From Lingula anatina (taxonomy: Eukaryota; Animalia; Brachiopoda), in assembly GCA_051362555.1 (NCBI GenBank), contig CM120645.1, positions 3,100,001 to 3,164,000 on the forward strand: 64,000 nucleotides of DNA, read 5' to 3'. Of the stretch, positions 58,523 to 64,000 are shown one piece after another. Below the pieces are notes generated by a model. The model made no database searches and had not been told where the DNA came from. It was given only the letters and a program-made list of their open reading frames with translations. Every line of letters starts with the position of its first letter. Positions within the stretch are counted from its first letter, which is position 1. Made by a program: the position numbers and the translations under genes.

Positions 58523-61500
58523 ATCGTACAATCACACACATTCCAGTTAGAACAAACAGGAGCTCCCCAAGCAAAATAGTGCAGTAGTGCAAAAATATGG
58601 CCAATGTTTTGATAAATGTTATGATACAGACTGGCTAAGCTACCACCCTGCCCCCTGTACTTCTTTGCTCTGAATTCCCCATCTTGTCTTCTAAAACGTT
58701 AGGCTGCATACACATCTTGCATTCTTAAAACCAGCGGAGATAAAATTTTGGTTGTCAGTATACTTTATGGTACATGCTGATTTTTCTTTCTTACTTATAG
58801 AATGATACAGATATATGGTACATAATGTCTAGAAACTACAGAAATTTACGAATCTGTCAAAAGACTTATTTTCATGTTGATAACCTTGATCTAGTAATTT
58901 TGGTTCGAGTCGGAGTGCAAAAAATGACCCAAGAAACATGGAAGGAAGCTGATTCTAGGTGCCTTCAAAGATTGCTCACACCTGGGGATATAGATGAAAA
59001 AAAAGAGAAGAATGTTTTCTGTCTCGAATGTAATATTTTTGTGTGTGCATATATCCTTATTCACATAGGTCAATAAAGTTTGCACATATTTTCACCTTCC
59101 TCCCACTTTTTAGAAATGATATCTATGGCAAAGCCATTGTTACAAAATTGCTTGTACAAGCAGTTCCATATTTGATTTGATTTTTGAATGGAAACAAGCC
59201 AGAAAATTTCAGCCAAGCCAACTTTCATCCAACGTGGTGATAAAACTGTAACAGAAAATAGATATTTTTTAATTTTCTGTAGTAAAAAAAAATCTTTTCA
59301 ATGTAGACTTGTGTAAATTCAGCTTGACATGGTACAGGCAATTCCAAACCTCCGATAAGAAGAGAGTGATGGTGCAATTTGCCATCTGACATGGAACCAC
59401 GGTGAGGGATAATAAGAAAATGAAGTGCAGCGCGCATCCAATGGAGAAGCAGGGCTAAAGAAAACAAAATGTAATGGAACAGTGATTTCTCCTTGTTACC
59501 CCAATCAACCAGGATTATCATTGGAAATTGGTCGGATGTATCAGTAAAAGTCATGCAAGGTGCTCTCATGTGTGAGTCAGAGGAAACTGCCTTATTCCAG
59601 ACACACTTTTGTGGTCAGGAAGATAAGCTTGACAATAATGGCGATAATCTTTTGCATACCAACATTGGTTTAGGTTGCTGCAATACAGTTTGCTGTCCGG
59701 TTATATGGGATGAAAGGGCTTTGACTTCTGGAATCTAATTTGTAGTTCTTCTAGTTATATATAGGATAGACTCATGCTGGAATGATGCTAATGAATGTCC
59801 TCCCTTGACATTGTGTTGAGGTTTTCTTTTTGTGTCTCTTCCAGTTGGCCACCATTGTCGGACTCATTGTCGGATATTTTTTCATAGAACTTTTTGGCCT
59901 CTGTTAACATCCAGATCAGTAAAGTTCTGACCAAATCAACAAAACAGTTTGGAAATCAAATAAAATTCAAACATGTTTAGCATATTTTGGATAAAATGAA
60001 CCAGTTTTTGGACAAGGGCAAAAAGTATGCCAGGAACAGCGAGGCAGAACTCTTCTCTGTGCTGGCCCCAGATCACCAGTAAATACAAAAACAACGAAAC
60101 ATGAATGAAAGTAACTGTCAGTGTCAGACTCCTTAGTTGGCATATGCCACTATTTACTTATAAGATTCACTTCTCTCATATAGTTTATCTTGGAGCTGTA
60201 TATAGCCTGCAATGACTGGAATAACTCTTGAGGGATGCCACTGGCTTTACAATGGCATTTTGAGCCAGACGGACACTTAGCGGCAAACTCTAGATAGGGA
60301 AATATTTCTTCGAGCACTGATATTTTACCTTGGTTGGGTTATTGGAGTATTTTGTGATTTTGTGATAACTAAGTGTTAAAGCAACATGATTTCTCAAGCA
60401 CTGGTTAAGTAATTACAGTTTTTTTTTCTAAAGATTGTTGCAAAGTTTTCTAAAAGAATTGGATGCTCCAGGAAACATCAGTATAGCTTCCTGTTCTAGA
60501 GAAGCAAAGAACACAAGTTTTCTGTATTTTTATAGGCAAAAGCAAGTCAATGAAGACATTATATTTTTTCAATATTAAAAAAAAATTGCAATTTTAATTA
60601 TTTCATATCTTTGGAACTAACAATTTTAAGGGAAGATGTGCAGACATTCAGTGTTTTCTACTGTGTTTTTTGGATGAAAAAAGAAACATAAGACAAATTA
60701 TCATTCAGACAATTAAATTAAGCAAATTTGTTCCTGTAAGTATCCCTAATTCTCAGCGGAATGCATTTTGTGTATAAACTAATTGTATTTTGTTGGAGTG
60801 CTACTCTAGCACTTCCCGGGACAATATTTGTTAGCAGTCTATTTCTTTCTATCTTGTGTACTTAGGAGAGATGATATGCCCCACTCGTCTGCAAGTATTT
60901 ACTCATTCTGATTTCCCAGCCTCTGGGCAACTAAACCCCCTATACAAAGCCATTGAGATACCTTGGGAAAACAAGCAAGAGTCATGTTTGGGGGTCCCAT
61001 TGGAGGAAATTACTGATCTTGTCTGCAATCAGAACTTTATCTCGCCTCTATCAGCGCGCACACAATAGCTTGTCCCGAGTTGAACTTTCCGGAAAACAAC
61101 ACAGAAACTGTCAGGATTTGGCCCCATGGTTTTGACTTTCATTATTCAAGATGAGAAAGTAAAAGGTGATGGTCTCAGATATGGAAAGGTCTGGAACGGA
61201 ACACAGAATCAATCAAAAATTTACCCCATGGTTTGGGTCTCATTATTGTATAGGGATTGAATCCTGCAGTCGGTGATGGTTTTGGATTTTGTTAACCCAG
61301 CTGGAAAGTTATGGACACATAACACCTTGTCATGAAGCCAAATGGCAGGCACATATCTGCTTCCAAAACAGCGAGAAGAAAACTTTATTTGTTCCAACAA
61401 TAGTTGATGGTTTTAGTGCTTCAGACATGTTAATCTAAAAGCAGTGTTTTGTACATAAACCTGCTTGTTTAACCAGACAATCGCTGGGGTAGATTGGCTT

Positions 61501-64000
61501 TCAAAACAATTAAAAGAAAACTTTTGTTTCAAGCAGGCAATGATGTAAATCTTTGCGATCCTTTTCAATGTTAACACTATTACTTAAAGCTCTACATGGT
61601 GCTACTTTCAAAACATAAAGGAATGTAGTTCTTGTTCAAAGAAATTGATGACTTGAGCACACATCGAAGCTTTGTAATGTATTATTGGCATTAAATAAAT
61701 AAGAGACATGTTTGTTTTTGCTGTTGAAAAGTTTCTTAAGTTGTTTTGAGCACTTTGACAAAATTGATTTCAATTGATCATGTATCACAAAATCAGTGAA
61801 CTACTTTTCTTTATTTAATCTTTCTTCTTGATATTTTCAGGATAAAGTCTTTGTCCTCACTACTTTATTATGTTTTTCTTGCAGTTTTGTTTGTTTTTAA
61901 AGATCTTTTCTGTAGACATATTTCAATACTTGGTTCGCCACTCCAGAGATTTATTTGCAGCAACCTAAACAGATCATTTCTTCACACAGCATTTTAATTT
62001 CTTTGTGTTTAAAATCGTCCATTGTATATGCGAAAAATACATCCAAGGGTATCATTTAACATGGCCCAATCTTAAAAGAAAACTGTCAATACATCTTTGG
62101 CTTGACCCCAGCAAGAATGTTGACTATGGGCTCGTAAATTTTTAGTTGATTAAATCGATTCCTTCACCCTGACACTTTGATGTAGTTTAAATGACCTATC
62201 TACTCACTGGCTATTGTTGTATTACGGATCATTTGATCTCATTAACTTAAGTCCATGTAAGGTTATATCCCAAAATGAACATGAGCTTTTGAGTTCTCTC
62301 AGCCTGTTGAGATGGGGTAAATGGCCTGTATGGATACTATATTGAAGTTCATGGCTTTATGTCCCTGCTATGCTTAACTTGCATGTGTTGTGCATTCACA
62401 TGCATGCATGTGCACATGTCCACTCTTTGTCCATATTTGCTTTAAGCTTAAGGCAATTTTTTTTAGGGAATTAGAGCCAAATAATGATGACCTCTCCTAT
62501 TGTGTTTCTTCATTTTATTGGTCCAGGGCCAAGTGTTATGTGGTTGGTCACACCCGTCTGTGTCGCCGATGATGACATGACGGTGAGGAGGTTTTTGCTT
62601 GCAAAAGGGTAACTTATTAGTTCTGATAATATTTTTTGTCATTTGATGCTCAGTGTAATTGCCCAGTGCGATCCAATGACTATGACAGTAGAAATATATA
62701 GATGTCATATTTTGAGCAAAAGTTTTGATTGTGGATGAAAAGGGCAAAGAAGATAATGCTTGACAGTGTCTTGTATTGAGTGAAACTGCACTTTTTGCCT
62801 GATTAAAAATTATAGGTAGTATACTGTTAAGTTGGTAAGAGCAGCGTCTTTTCCACTTTCATAGTTCAGCATATCTAGCATGTTTTGTCTTTTTGATCTC
62901 AAATTTTGAGGTCAAGAAATACATATGTCCCTTTCTAACCTTAACTTTGATGATAAGATAATGGCAAGGACGAAAACTGAGAAAGATGTGTTCTTTACTG
63001 ACAGACATTCCCTCAGAGGAACACAGAGGTTGCCAAAGAGGTTGCGATTGTTATTTCAGGTCAAGCGAAAGTGGCTTAAAGGGTGATAGTAAAGATGGTC
63101 TCTTTGAGTTAGGGTTAACACATACATGCACTGAGACGAGAGAAAAAATGACAAGTGATGTGCTTAGTTATGGTGGTAGTTGTTACATGATACCAGGATA
63201 TTAGAGTCTTTTTTTTATACAGTTTTTGGAAGCTATTATATACAGAAGGTGGAAGTAGAAACTACAATGTAACATGGGCTTAGGGTTTCAGCATGGGAAC
63301 TTCATGTGATAGGGAAATTTTTAATAAAATGGTTTGATCACTCTATTTGGTGGATTGGGATCATTTTCATTAAGATGCACTTATCTGTTACCTTTAAAAT
63401 CCATTGCCATTACTTGAACCCAAACTTTCAGGCAAAAAGGATTATTTGACAGGTTTTTTTCATGTAAGAGAACCAGAGGGAAAAAACAGGACACTAATGG
63501 CAAACTAAGAAAAAGAGATAGATAATATGCACACAGAAAATAGCTAGAGATGTCCGTCTGCTTGCTAATGCGGTGCAAGTTCTCACTGGAAAGTAAGCCC
63601 CAGGATCTCTATGGATATTGAGAAGTTTATTTTCTCTCTCCGTTGCATTGCAGAATTATGTCTGTTACTTTGTACCTTTAAGATTCATTTTGTTGATAAA
63701 ACTGTTACTTTTTCTCCTGTGGTACTTGTTTGAAAATTGCTTTTAGGGAAACAGATTCTGAAGTATGTTTTTCACAATGATAGTTATCTAAAAGTATGAA
63801 GTTTGCAAGTCACTTTTAATGAAAGATTTTTCTGTAATCCGTTTTGCCTGGCCATGCATCTTTTTCTTCCCATAAAAAAGGACATCAGTTCTAGAAAATT
63901 GACCAGGTTGACTGCCAAGATGGCCCTAATTGATATCAAGCTGTGATGGTAAAATAGAAATATTACGAAGTACGATTTTGACTTAGTGCCCATTTATTAT

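Noticed and set aside
50416-64000. ADAMTS catalytic-domain exons (furin site, VETLVVAD-like, HExxH)
   Set aside because: No such motifs found by eye; they are probably beyond the window, although a short divergent exon could have been missed.

Overview
AT-rich animal genomic DNA, probably an invertebrate and possibly a mollusc-type genome (taxon is inferred only). It holds two divergently transcribed genes. The first is a complete peregrin/BRPF1-type chromatin scaffold gene on the minus strand. I reconstructed 13 coding exons with canonical GT-AG junctions and consistent phases (CDS 23365->2336, 3807 nt, 1268 aa: C2H2 finger, EPC-like region, PHD-Zn knuckle-PHD, bromodomain, low-complexity linker, PWWP), plus a probable non-coding first exon at about 23901-24100. 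The second is the 5' part of an ADAMTS9/20 (gon-1)-like metalloprotease gene on the plus strand: signal peptide and pro-domain exons at 25929-26321 and 50217-50415, separated by a 23.9 kb intron, with the catalytic exons apparently beyond the window. The introns carry many non-autonomous fold-back/MITE-like elements, microsatellites, G-tracts and old local tandem duplications. I found no rRNA, tRNA, CRISPR array or intact transposase/RT ORF, and nothing that proves a new biological system. The best leads are: a 12-nt microexon or recursive splice site after ADAMTS exon 2; a cluster of phase-compatible candidate alternative 3' exons that would remove the BRPF PWWP domain; a dense E-box + 2xRORE + ETS cassette in the BRPF 5'UTR; and miRNA-sized intronic hairpins. 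All were read by eye and need RNA or alignment confirmation.
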